Virus record (IMG/VR): IMGVR_UViG_3300028886_000028
Location: 224,001-288,000 of that record
From: a virus
Taxonomy: Duplodnaviria; Caudoviricetes
DNA: 64,000 nucleotides
Strand: one strand, 5' to 3'
A program made the position numbers and the translations under genes. Every line of letters starts with the position of its first letter. Positions within the stretch are counted from its first letter, which is position 1. The notes beneath the pieces are model-generated. The model made no database searches and was not told the origin of the DNA. It was given only the letters and a program-made list of their open reading frames with translations. Below, in pieces: positions 32,819 through 41,680 of this stretch.

Positions 32819-33275
32819 AAATAGTATTAGCCTTGCGTATAAAAGGATGAAAGAAAAAAAGTGGGATAAAATATATGTGCTGATTGATATACATAACACT
32901 ATATTTAGACCTTCTTATCGTAACGGAGAAACTTATCAATGGTTTAATGGTGCTAAAGAAGCACTACAGTTTTTAACCAAAAATAGTAAGATTTGTTTGA
33001 TATTGTGGACTTCATCACATAAATCAAATATTGATGAATACATAAAAGTGTTTGAAGAAAATGGAATTCATTTTGATTATGTTAATGAAAATCCGGAAGT
33101 AACAAATGACGATATTGGAAATTTCGATAAAAAATTATATTTCAATATAGGAATTGACGATAAATTTGGCTTTGATGCAGAAAATGGAGACTGGATGTCA
33201 TTGTTGAAAAAAGTGACAACATTATTTCCATTAAAAAATGATGAGAAATGGGCAGAAGATGAACTGAAAATATAA
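32811..33275 (+). CDS. HAD-like protein
   Basis: LIDIHNTI, ILWTS, VNENPE, IDDK. Confidence 0.65.
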   Translation: MIENSISLAYKRMKEKKWDKIYVLIDIHNTIFRPSYRNGETYQWFNGAKEALQFLTKNSKICLILWTSSHKSNIDEYIKVFEENGIHFDYVNENPEVTNDDIGNFDKKLYFNIGIDDKFGFDAENGDWMSLLKKVTTLFPLKNDEKWAEDELKI

Positions 33276-33283
33276 AATAACAC

Positions 33284-33351
33284 GGGAATTTACAGCAATT
33301 TTTGTTAAAACATATGAATATCTTACATAGAACGTTGAACACTTAGTTCCC
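33284..33351 (+). ncRNA. ACAGCAA cassette 2
   Basis: gggaatt/agttccc; tacagcaa; inner gttaaaaca...aacgttgaac shared with cassette 8. Confidence 0.75.
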
Positions 33352-33373
33352 TAATTTTAAAAGTACAGTAAAT

Positions 33374-33628
33374 ATGTTAAGAGGAAGTGATATTGAAATA
33401 ATATGCAAAAACAAAATGGAATACTTATTTATGGCTTCATTAATAAGTTCCGATAATATAAGAACTATAAAAGACGCAGAGGAATCATTGAAATTTATAA
33501 GTGAAGTAGAAGAAGCATTAAAAACGGCTCAAATTTCAGAAGATAAGAAAAAAGAATTTGAAAAATATATAGAAAAAGGAAAAAATATATTACAAACAGA
33601 TGTAGAAAGATTTAAAAACGAAAAATAA
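33374..33628 (+). CDS. hypothetical protein
   Basis: 84 aa ORF. Confidence 0.55.
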   Translation: MLRGSDIEIICKNKMEYLFMASLISSDNIRTIKDAEESLKFISEVEEALKTAQISEDKKKEFEKYIEKGKNILQTDVERFKNEK

Positions 33629-33630
33629 AT

Positions 33631-33711
33631 TGTGTGGTTCCAGAGTGGTCAAATGGGCTTGACTGTAAATCAAGTGCTTCGGCTTCGGAGGTCCGAATCC
33701 TCCCCACACAA
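33631..33711 (+). tRNA. tRNA-Tyr(GTA)
   Basis: cttga-ctgtaaa-tcaag; long variable arm. Confidence 0.9.
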
Positions 33712-33837
33712 CAAATAATAAATTAACATTTTTTTACAAGTTTTATTTTGCTTTTAAAATGTTTTTTTGTATATTTGCATAAATAACTCTAAATTTGAAA
33801 TTTCTCAACCTTGGCAAAGGCTAAAAACAATAAAGCA

Positions 33838-33973
33838 AGGAATCTAACAGCAAAAACTATATTTAGCAATTGGGGCCGTTGACGGTAGTTCGATTCTGCC
33901 TGCCCTGACGAACAATATGCGCTAAACATCAGGGTATAGTTCAGTGGTAGAATAACGTATTTAAATGATTCCT
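33838..33973 (+). ncRNA. ACAGCAA cassette 3 with circularly permuted tRNA-Pro-like domain
   Basis: aggaatc/gattcct; 3' half (T-arm, tgccctga) precedes 5' half (tcagggta, D-arm). Confidence 0.85.
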
Positions 33974-33981
33974 AACATTAA

Positions 33982-34055
33982 CGGGGTGTAGCTCAGTAGG
34001 TTAGAGTGCTAGTTTTGGGAACTAGTTGTCGCAGGTTCGAGTCCTGTCACCCCGA
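33982..34055 (+). tRNA. tRNA-Pro(TGG)
   Basis: ctagt-tttggga-actag. Confidence 0.92.
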
Positions 34056-34345
34056 CAATAACCGCTGAGGCGCAAGAGCAATCGCAAGTGAGACGATAGT
34101 AAATAATGGACGGCGTGTAAACAACACATAAAAAGCCTCACCCATTTGAGGGTAGAATCAATCCGATAATCACTCTACGCAGTCAGGTTATAAAAATAAT
34201 ATCAAATAATCGTTCCACGTAAGTCCAATAAACTGTGGGTTCGTGAAAATCGAAAGAATGTACCAGGTTATCTTCCTGGAGAGGTATGGGTGGAGGTAAG
34301 GTCTCTAGCAAAAGCCCAAACGTGATAGTTGATATTATATCGTCA

Positions 34346-34458
34346 AGGAGTCTAACAGCATATGTATAATTACGACGGTTAGCTTAGTGGTTAAAGCCTT
34401 GGATTTTACTAAGAGACGTTGGTTCGAATCCAGCACCACCGGGTTTAAAATGACTCCT
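34346..34458 (+). ncRNA. ACAGCA cassette 4 with degenerate tRNA-Lys(TTT)-like body
   Basis: aggagtc/gactcct; D- and T-arms intact, acceptor mismatched, 6-nt anticodon loop. Confidence 0.8.
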
Positions 34459-34495
34459 ATTTTTTGAAAAACATTAATTTAAAAAAATAAAGATT

Positions 34496-34831
34496 ATGCT
34501 ACATGTTTATGAAAAAGTAACAAAGGATAAAATAGACTTTCCTGCGTATACATTATGCTTTCTTGGCATAATAATGAATAAACTTGAGTTTTATGGTTTA
34601 ATAGACGGTAAAAAAGGTAAGATTGATACAGAATCTCCTACTACACTCGTTATACCTGTTGTAAGCAGAAAGTTTGAATATTGCTATGATGGCATAGAAC
34701 TTATTAAAAAAACATTGAAACGTAGAGGCTTTGTGTGTGATATGGCTCATTACAAAACCATCGAAATTGACGAAAAAGATGGAACAAAAAGTAAAGGCTA
34801 TTCATACGAATATAAAATCTCAAAAGCCTAG
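34496..34831 (+). CDS. hypothetical protein
   Basis: 111 aa ORF. Confidence 0.6.
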   Translation: MLHVYEKVTKDKIDFPAYTLCFLGIIMNKLEFYGLIDGKKGKIDTESPTTLVIPVVSRKFEYCYDGIELIKKTLKRRGFVCDMAHYKTIEIDEKDGTKSKGYSYEYKISKA

Positions 34832-34843
34832 TATATAATACAC

Positions 34844-34907
34844 GGGAGCGTACAGCAAAGTTTATGCATATTCACAGTAATTTTTGGGTAGTTAAACAGG
34901 CGTTCCC
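34844..34907 (+). ncRNA. ACAGCAA cassette 5 (minimal)
   Basis: gggagcg/cgttccc; tacagcaa. Confidence 0.7.
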
Positions 34908-34959
34908 TTTTTTTGAATTTATTGTTTTAAATTATAATAATTGTAATTAAAAAAAAAGA

Positions 34960-35982
34960 ATGAAGAAGTTTTTGTTTATGTTTGCCCTAATGTTGGGCGT
35001 AGTAAGTGCAAATGCGCAGATTGCTACACAGAATAGTGCTGCGCTTGATAATGTTAGTGTTGGAGTTACAGCTGGCGTATCTACTCCGCTTGATTTTAAC
35101 AGTGTTTTCCCTCTAAATACAAACTTGGGAATTAAGTTGCAGAAGGATTTTACAACTGCATTTGGCGTACAAATAGAGGGATTGGCGTTTCTTAATGATA
35201 ACCATTTTTCTGATATTAGTACCGCAGTAAAAGCAACAAATGTTGGCGCAAATGGCGTATTTAACCTTTCTAACATTTTTGGCGGATATAATGGAACGCC
35301 TAGGGTTTTTGAGGTTAGCACTGTAACTGGTATTGGGTGGTTGCATAGTTGGGACACAAAAAGTAATTTCCTAACTTCAAAGACAGGTATTGATTTTGCA
35401 TTCAATCTTGGTAATGAAAAGGCGCATTCAATTGTTATTACTCCAGCCGTCTATTGGAATCTTAATAAATTCGGTCATGTTCATTTTGACAAGCGTGGTT
35501 CACAGTTAGCAATTAATGTGTCATATGTTTATCACTTCAAGACTACTAATGGTACTCGTCATTTTAAGACGTATGATGTTGGAGCCATGATAGGTGAGAT
35601 TTCACGCTTGAATGCATCACTTGCTGAATGTGAAAAACGTGAGCCAAAGGTTATTGAAAGAGTAGTAGAAGTACCAGCAATCAATGGAGCAGCAGTTAAA
35701 ACCGGCAATGAAATGTGGGTAGTACCATTTGCTGTAGGAGAATCTACTCTTAGCAGTATCGCACAGGAAGTACTTAATCAGATTGGTAATGATGCAATCG
35801 TAGATGTTACTGCAACAGCATCACCGGATGGCCCAACTTATTTCAATAAGAGGCTTTCAGAGAGACGTGCAGCAGCAGTTGCTGATTATCTTACCAAACG
35901 TGGCGTTCGTGTGAATAGTTGGGCAGGAGAAGGCGTAAATCCTGAGACTGGACGTTCAGCAATCGTTAAGACTATTCAGTAG
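34960..35982 (+). CDS. OmpA-family outer membrane protein
   Basis: Signal peptide, beta-barrel-like N-terminus, C-terminal ASPDG..NKRLSERRAAAVADYL. Confidence 0.85.
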   Translation: MKKFLFMFALMLGVVSANAQIATQNSAALDNVSVGVTAGVSTPLDFNSVFPLNTNLGIKLQKDFTTAFGVQIEGLAFLNDNHFSDISTAVKATNVGANGVFNLSNIFGGYNGTPRVFEVSTVTGIGWLHSWDTKSNFLTSKTGIDFAFNLGNEKAHSIVITPAVYWNLNKFGHVHFDKRGSQLAINVSYVYHFKTTNGTRHFKTYDVGAMIGEISRLNASLAECEKREPKVIERVVEVPAINGAAVKTGNEMWVVPFAVGESTLSSIAQEVLNQIGNDAIVDVTATASPDGPTYFNKRLSERRAAAVADYLTKRGVRVNSWAGEGVNPETGRSAIVKTIQ

Positions 35983-36253
35983 TTATATATAGATATATTT
36001 GGCAGTGTTGATGAAGTACACTGCAAGCCTTATGAATCACGTTTTGGGTAGTAGTTTTTTGTGTTCTTTCATTATCAGAGGTTTTACTTTACCAAGCGTG
36101 GTAAAGGAGTGATTCAAATAAGGCGGTTGCCGATAAACGTAAACGGCTCGTGGCGTGTACCAAACGAGAGAATTGCAAAATTTTCAAGAAGCACGTTTAT
36201 CCTGTTTGCTGCTGCAAATAAAAGGTACTGGGCAAACCTAAATTGCCCAATTC

Positions 36254-36328
36254 GCAGGCGTCGCCTAGTTGATTATGGCACTTGGCTTCCAACCAGGAAT
36301 AACGTGGGTTTGAATCCCATCGCCTGCT
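36254..36328 (+). tRNA. tRNA-Gly(TCC)
   Basis: cttgg-cttccaa-ccagg; U73. Confidence 0.88.
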
Positions 36329-36397
36329 CATAATAAATGTCAGTTCTATTTACATTTTTCGCTCTTTTACTAATATTTATATACAAATAGATGTATT

Positions 36398-37168
36398 ATG
36401 GATATTAGTAAATTAAATGAAATTTTAGAGAAAAGTAAAAGTATGAGTGATGTTGCCAGATGTATTTTTGGCAAAGAAAATTATACTAATCGTGAAAAAT
36501 GCAAAAAAATCATTGAAGACTATGGTATAGACTGGAAAAAATGGTTAGCAGAAAAAAATATTAAGCCAAAAAGATATTGTCTTTATTGTGGTAAAGAAAT
36601 AACAGAAGGTGATAGTAGAAAAAAATTTTGTAACTCTTCTTGTGCAGCCAGCTATAACAATAAAGGTAAAAAACATTCTGATAATACAAAAAAGAAAATT
36701 TCAGAAGTATTACAAAAAAAAAGTGCTTCTTTTGATGGGACTATAAAACCAATAAAGGCAAGGTATAGAAGAAGTAAAGAAAATACCAATTGTTTGTATT
36801 GCGGAAAAGAGCTGAATGGCTATAGATTTTGTGATAATATATGTCGTTCAAAGTATAAAGCAAAACAATACATAGAACGTTGGAAAAAAGGAGAGGAAAC
36901 AGGATTAAGTGGTAAATATGGAATGGCAAGGGCAGTAAGAAATTATATTTTTGAAAGCAAAGAAAATAAATGTGAGTGCTGTGGCAATAACTATATAAAT
37001 CCATATACAGGTTTATCAGTTCTTCAAATACATCACAAGGACGGAGATTGCACGAACAACAAGGAAGAAAATCTTCAATTGCTTTGTCCAACTTGTCATG
37101 CAATGACAGAAAATTTCGGAAGCAGAAATAAAAATGCTACTAGAATAGATAATAGGAAAAGATATTAA
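36398..37168 (+). CDS. free-standing HNH endonuclease with Zn-ribbon repeats
   Basis: CLYCGK..FC repeats; LQIHHKDGD..NN..NLQLLCPTCH. Confidence 0.9.
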   Translation: MDISKLNEILEKSKSMSDVARCIFGKENYTNREKCKKIIEDYGIDWKKWLAEKNIKPKRYCLYCGKEITEGDSRKKFCNSSCAASYNNKGKKHSDNTKKKISEVLQKKSASFDGTIKPIKARYRRSKENTNCLYCGKELNGYRFCDNICRSKYKAKQYIERWKKGEETGLSGKYGMARAVRNYIFESKENKCECCGNNYINPYTGLSVLQIHHKDGDCTNNKEENLQLLCPTCHAMTENFGSRNKNATRIDNRKRY

Positions 37169-37209
37169 ATATCGGGTAGACTCCCTGTTAGTCACAGGAC
37201 CGGCTCTAT

Positions 37210-37282
37210 GCGGATATAGCTCAATTGGTAGAGCGTCTGCTTGCCATGCAGAAGGTTGGGGAATCGTGCTCCCTTATCCGCT
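37210..37282 (+). tRNA. tRNA-Gly(GCC)
   Basis: tctgc-ttgccat-gcaga; atypical T-loop atcgtgc. Confidence 0.85.
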
Positions 37283-37316
37283 CAATGAATTTAATAACTA
37301 ACTAAAAAAATCAAGA

Positions 37317-37640
37317 ATGGTAACAACAGCATTATTTACAGAAGCATTTTGGTACTATGCACCGATTTTGGCTTCTTTAACAGTAACAATTGCAGGAGCA
37401 ATTAATGGAAAATTTAACATCACAAATGGTATGTGGCCTCAGATTGTAGCATGGATTGTAGGCGTGGTGCTAACAGTAGGTGGATGGTTTATCGGTCTTG
37501 TACCACTAGGCGAACCTACTTGGCTTGCTATCGTTTGTTTGTGTGGTGTTGTAGGCCTTAGCAGTAATGGTATTTATGATATTCCATTTATCAAGAATTT
37601 GATAGATAAGATGCTGCCAGACGAAAAGTCTAAGGCTTAA
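37317..37640 (+). CDS. holin-like membrane protein
   Basis: Three TM segments, GLSSNGIYD motif, charged C-terminus. Confidence 0.55.
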   Translation: MVTTALFTEAFWYYAPILASLTVTIAGAINGKFNITNGMWPQIVAWIVGVVLTVGGWFIGLVPLGEPTWLAIVCLCGVVGLSSNGIYDIPFIKNLIDKMLPDEKSKA

Positions 37641-37855
37641 ATTTATACGCCGAACAAAGGGCTACAGTAGGCAAACGTCAAACCAAAGCCCTTGAACCTC
37701 GTAAACGTCTCAACCGCATTATGCAAAGAGAGAGGTAACAGACCATTGGGCAATTCCATAGGAGTGTTGTTAGGACGTTTATTGCACCATCAATATGGTG
37801 CAATTTTTTTGTTTGTATATTTCTTTTTTTTAACTTTTTTTTGTATATTTGTATT

Positions 37856-38074
37856 ATGAAAAAATATGCAGAAAAATGTTGGCGATGTGGAAAGCCATTA
37901 ATATGTCACGGAAGCTTTATGATTAGTGACTGGGAAGGTATAGAAATGGATGAAAATGATGACGCTGTTATAACAGATTATTATTGTCCATATTGTGGTA
38001 TGGAATATTCTATTACAGATACGCCTAAAAATCAAATGAACAATTATCAATATTTTAAAAAAGAGCAAACATGA
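37856..38074 (+). CDS. small Zn-ribbon protein
   Basis: CWRC...CPYC. Confidence 0.6.
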   Translation: MKKYAEKCWRCGKPLICHGSFMISDWEGIEMDENDDAVITDYYCPYCGMEYSITDTPKNQMNNYQYFKKEQT

Positions 38075-38457
38075 AATTTGGAGAAAGTTATGAGATTTTA
38101 ACAAAGGGAGGTTTTGTTGCCAGAAAGATTTGGGAAGGAGTTTTTATTTGGCTTAAACCTTCAGCAATAGTTAAATCAGAATGGTGCAGAGACCCAATTT
38201 TGAAAATGATTGCTGATGCAAATGGTGGAGAAGTGAAAGCTGAAGCTGTTTTGTGCAAGCATAACATTTATAAAAATGAAGTTATGACTGGTTGGATTCC
38301 GCAACAAGATGATTTGGCAGCAGATGATTGGCATGAATGTAAACCAGAAATAGTAAATGGCATATCTGGTAAACTTATTGTTATTGATAGCGCTAATAAA
38401 AATGATGGCTATGTTGGTGATTTGTTTGATGGGGCAGATGTAATTAAAAAACCATAA
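38071..38457 (+). CDS. DUF2829 / Tad2-like anti-defence protein
   Basis: MKFGE..L..G..VARKIW ... GWIPQQDDLAADDW. Confidence 0.7.
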   Translation: MKFGESYEILTKGGFVARKIWEGVFIWLKPSAIVKSEWCRDPILKMIADANGGEVKAEAVLCKHNIYKNEVMTGWIPQQDDLAADDWHECKPEIVNGISGKLIVIDSANKNDGYVGDLFDGADVIKKP

Positions 38458-38614
38458 ATTGTATTTTCATGTATAAAGTGCTATTCATTTATGACATTTA
38501 TGATGTAGATGAAGAACCAGATATTGAACCATATTTTGGAATAATGCCTCAAAAAAGGTCAATATAATTGCGTTTTTATTTACTCCACAAATTAATTTAT
38601 TATATTATATAAAA

Positions 38615-38700
38615 GCACCCGTACCCGAACTGGTATAGGGGCTACACTAAGGATGTAGTGTTCCGAAAGGGCATTGTGGGTTCGAGTCCCACCGGGTGTA
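38615..38700 (+). tRNA. tRNA-Leu(AAG)
   Basis: ctaca-ctaagga-tgtag; long variable arm; A73. Confidence 0.85.
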
Positions 38701-38728
38701 CTAAAAATAATATAGTAATTTTTTTTAT

Positions 38729-39280
38729 ATGTCTGAATTTAAAACAATTGATGAAGATGGGGTTTTATTGAGAAGGTGTTGGGCAATGCCTAATAAAAAC
38801 ACTTTCTCAATAAAGCCGTTTAAAGAACTTATTGAAAAATACAAAGCTGAATTACCTGAAGGGGCTATCATATTAGACCCATTTGCTAATTCAAATAAGC
38901 ATGGCACGATAACAAATGATATAGACCCACAATATGATACAGATTATCATTTAGACGCAAAAGATTTTCTTAAGTTGTTTAGCGACAGCTCAATAGATAT
39001 GATATTGTATGACCCACCATTTTCGCCTACACAAGTTGTTACTTGTTATAAAAAACTAGAAAAAACCGTTGATTGGGAAAGTACATCTGCTTCTTTTTGG
39101 TCTAAACAAAAAGAGGAAATAGGAAGAATTTTAAAACCTGGAGGTATTTGCATAACGTTTGGATGGAATTCTGGTGGAGTAGGTAAAAAATATGGATGCG
39201 AAATAAAGGAAATATTACTTGTAGCACACGGAGGTCAGCATAACGATACTATTGCAGTTGTTGATGAAAAAATAAAATAG
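38729..39280 (+). CDS. small adenine DNA methyltransferase-like protein
   Basis: ILDPFA, YDPPF, RILKPGG. Confidence 0.75.
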   Translation: MSEFKTIDEDGVLLRRCWAMPNKNTFSIKPFKELIEKYKAELPEGAIILDPFANSNKHGTITNDIDPQYDTDYHLDAKDFLKLFSDSSIDMILYDPPFSPTQVVTCYKKLEKTVDWESTSASFWSKQKEEIGRILKPGGICITFGWNSGGVGKKYGCEIKEILLVAHGGQHNDTIAVVDEKIK

Positions 39281-39283
39281 AAT

Positions 39284-40060
39284 ATGGCAATAGAAGTAAA
39301 CAAAATATATAATGAAGATTGTTTTGATACTATGAAACGTATGGAGGACAGGTCTATCAATGTAATATTGACAAGTCCTCCATATAACATGACGAAACGA
39401 AAAGGAGGCTATGCTGACAGTGGAAGGTATGATGTCTATAAAGATTGGAAAACTGAAAAAGAATATTTAGATTTTACTAAAAACTTGTTTAATGAATTTA
39501 ATAGAATCATATCTGATAATGGAGTAGTATTATATAATTTCGGCTACAGTATTGAAAATCCTGCATTACCTTATAAATTAGTAACTGAAATAGTTGAAAA
39601 TACTAACTGGCGTTTAGTTGACACTATATGTTGGAAAAAAAGTAGTGGTTTGCCTTTTCCTGCTAATAAATGTAGATTAAGCAGAACTTGGGAATATGTA
39701 TTTGTTTTTGCGAAAAATGGTATGATAAATGATTTTTTCATTGATAAAGGAATAGCATCAATTAGTGAAAAAACAAATCAAATATATTATAATGTATTTT
39801 ATAACTATATTGAAGCTAGAAACAATGATGAAAAAACAAATAAATTGAATCAAGCAACGTTTAGTAGTGAATTAGTTGTTAAACTTCTTGACTTATATTC
39901 AAGTGATGGCTTTATAATATACGACCCATTTATGGGGACAGGGACAACAGCAATAGGTTGTTTGAAGTCAAAAAAACAATTATATTATATTGGTAGTGAA
40001 ATATCAGAAGAACAGGTAAAATATTCTATAGAAAGGATAAACAAAACTCATTTTGTCTAA
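39284..40060 (+). CDS. N4-C/N6-A DNA methyltransferase (beta class)
   Basis: TSPPY before DPFMGTGTT. Confidence 0.9.
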   Translation: MAIEVNKIYNEDCFDTMKRMEDRSINVILTSPPYNMTKRKGGYADSGRYDVYKDWKTEKEYLDFTKNLFNEFNRIISDNGVVLYNFGYSIENPALPYKLVTEIVENTNWRLVDTICWKKSSGLPFPANKCRLSRTWEYVFVFAKNGMINDFFIDKGIASISEKTNQIYYNVFYNYIEARNNDEKTNKLNQATFSSELVVKLLDLYSSDGFIIYDPFMGTGTTAIGCLKSKKQLYYIGSEISEEQVKYSIERINKTHFV

Positions 40061-40081
40061 TATTTATTAAGAAAAAACATT

Positions 40082-40387
40082 ATGAATATAGACAAAATAA
40101 TAACAGAATCTATTAATAAAGTATTAAAAGAAGTTTGCGAAATAGACAATGCTCCTAATGGTTGGCATAGTTGGGCTGAAACAGATGCTGAAAATGGTAT
40201 GACGCCGGAAGAAGGTAAAGCAATTAGAATGCAGCCTGGTAATGCTGCTCGCGCTAAAGAACCAACACCAGTAACAACTGATTTCAGTAAAAGACCAACT
40301 GTTGAAGAATGGGAAGAAGTATATAAACCTATGGGTATGAAATATGGTGATTATTGTGAAAAAATTTATGGTGTTAAATTACGTTAA
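40082..40387 (+). CDS. hypothetical protein with IITESIN leader
   Basis: 101 aa; AATATTTATT upstream. Confidence 0.65.
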   Translation: MNIDKIITESINKVLKEVCEIDNAPNGWHSWAETDAENGMTPEEGKAIRMQPGNAARAKEPTPVTTDFSKRPTVEEWEEVYKPMGMKYGDYCEKIYGVKLR

Positions 40388-40586
40388 TTGCTTGTTTATT
40401 TGATTTTTTTTTTGTATATTTGCATTGTTAATTGAAAAAATAATAAATATGGTATACGTTTTAACATTTTTTGGCTTTATGACAGTGTTGGGCGCAATTA
40501 TAGCAGTAATTGAGGCAAGAAAAGCCCCATTGGTAAGTGATAAAGAGCCTTTTTTACATGATGATTATGTAGGAAATTAATATAAT

Positions 40587-40661
40587 GCACCTGTAGCTCA
40601 GCCGCATCAGAGCATGGCACTTCTAATGCCAGGGTCCCGGGTTGGAATCCCGGCAGGTGTA
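40587..40661 (+). tRNA. tRNA-Arg(TCT)
   Basis: tggca-cttctaa-tgcca. Confidence 0.88.
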
Positions 40662-40675
40662 CAAATTAAAATACA

Positions 40676-40848
40676 AAGGAACGTACAGCAAGTTTGTTTT
40701 AAATGTAATTTATTTATTTATTCAGACTGAAGCGAGAATAGAGAAGCACAAAATAATAATTGCGAGGCACTATTCTTATTTTTTACCGCAAATAATGAAG
40801 AATTTCATAATTTGCAAAGTCATTCCCGGACTTAAAAGGGCGTTCCTT
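40676..40848 (+). ncRNA. ACAGCAA cassette 6 (long, cargo unclear)
   Basis: aaggaacg/cgttcctt 8 bp; tacagcaa. Confidence 0.7.
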
Positions 40849-40852
40849 AAAT

Positions 40853-40926
40853 GCACCAGTAACTCAGTGGATTAGAGTGTTTGATTACGAATCAAATGGG
40901 CGGGGGTTCGAGTCCCTCCTGGTGTA
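40853..40926 (+). tRNA. tRNA-Arg(ACG)
   Basis: tttga-ttacgaa-tcaaa. Confidence 0.9.
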
Positions 40927-41242
40927 CTAAAAAAAATTAAAAAAAGTTTTGTAAAAAACTATACTTTTCAAAATTAATTAATAATTATAGAAAAATAACT
41001 TCTAAAACTATGGCAAAAAACAGTAAACATAATGTATCATTTATCAATGCTGCGTTTATTTCTAATAAATGCATTGATAATAGTATGTCTACATCAGTCG
41101 TAGATTTTAGTCGAAAAGTTCATAAACAGCATAATTGTATGAGTACTTAGATTGCACTTACACTTCACTATAAATGCCAAGCTGTTGATGAACTCCTAAA
41201 AAAAGTTTTCAACAGCTTTTTTTTGATGTTAAAACAATTGTT

Positions 41243-41539
41243 ATGAAAAATAATTGCAATAGAACTAAGTTGTTTAGGTTTTTAAAAGAACGAAATATAT
41301 TTAAGCCTTTTATTAAGGCATTTTATGACGAATATCAAATTAATACAAGAGTTGAATGGTGTGACACAAGCCATAAATTTAACGGCCATGTACCCGCATC
41401 AATTTATGATTATTGCTATGAAATAAATTGTATTGAAGAAATTATCAATTACGCTTTTGAATGGGAAAAAACAGCACAGGGGTATGATTTTTGGTCAAGG
41501 GTAAATAGAGAGTGGAGGTATTATTGCGATAGCAATTAA
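41243..41539 (+). CDS. hypothetical protein (RFLKE family)
   Basis: LFRFLKERNIF ... FEWEKTAQGYDFW. Confidence 0.6.
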   Translation: MKNNCNRTKLFRFLKERNIFKPFIKAFYDEYQINTRVEWCDTSHKFNGHVPASIYDYCYEINCIEEIINYAFEWEKTAQGYDFWSRVNREWRYYCDSN

Positions 41540-41599
41540 TAAAATTTAACATAAAATATTTTGTTATCAAAATTTTTTTATGTATATTTGCGCAAAAAT

Positions 41600-41673
41600 T
41601 GGGAGTTAGCACAGTTGGTTAGTGCAGCTGACTGTTAATCAGCAGGTCGTGGGTTCGAGTCCCACACTCCCAG
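41600..41673 (+). tRNA. tRNA-Asn(GTT)
   Basis: gctga-ctgttaa-tcagc. Confidence 0.92.
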
Positions 41674-41680
41674 CACAAAT

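Noticed and set aside
36061-36333. ORF-track ORFs at 36061, 40642, 42277, 43312, 43782 and 48188
   Set aside because: They overlap tRNAs, the intron or structured RNAs and have atypical composition.
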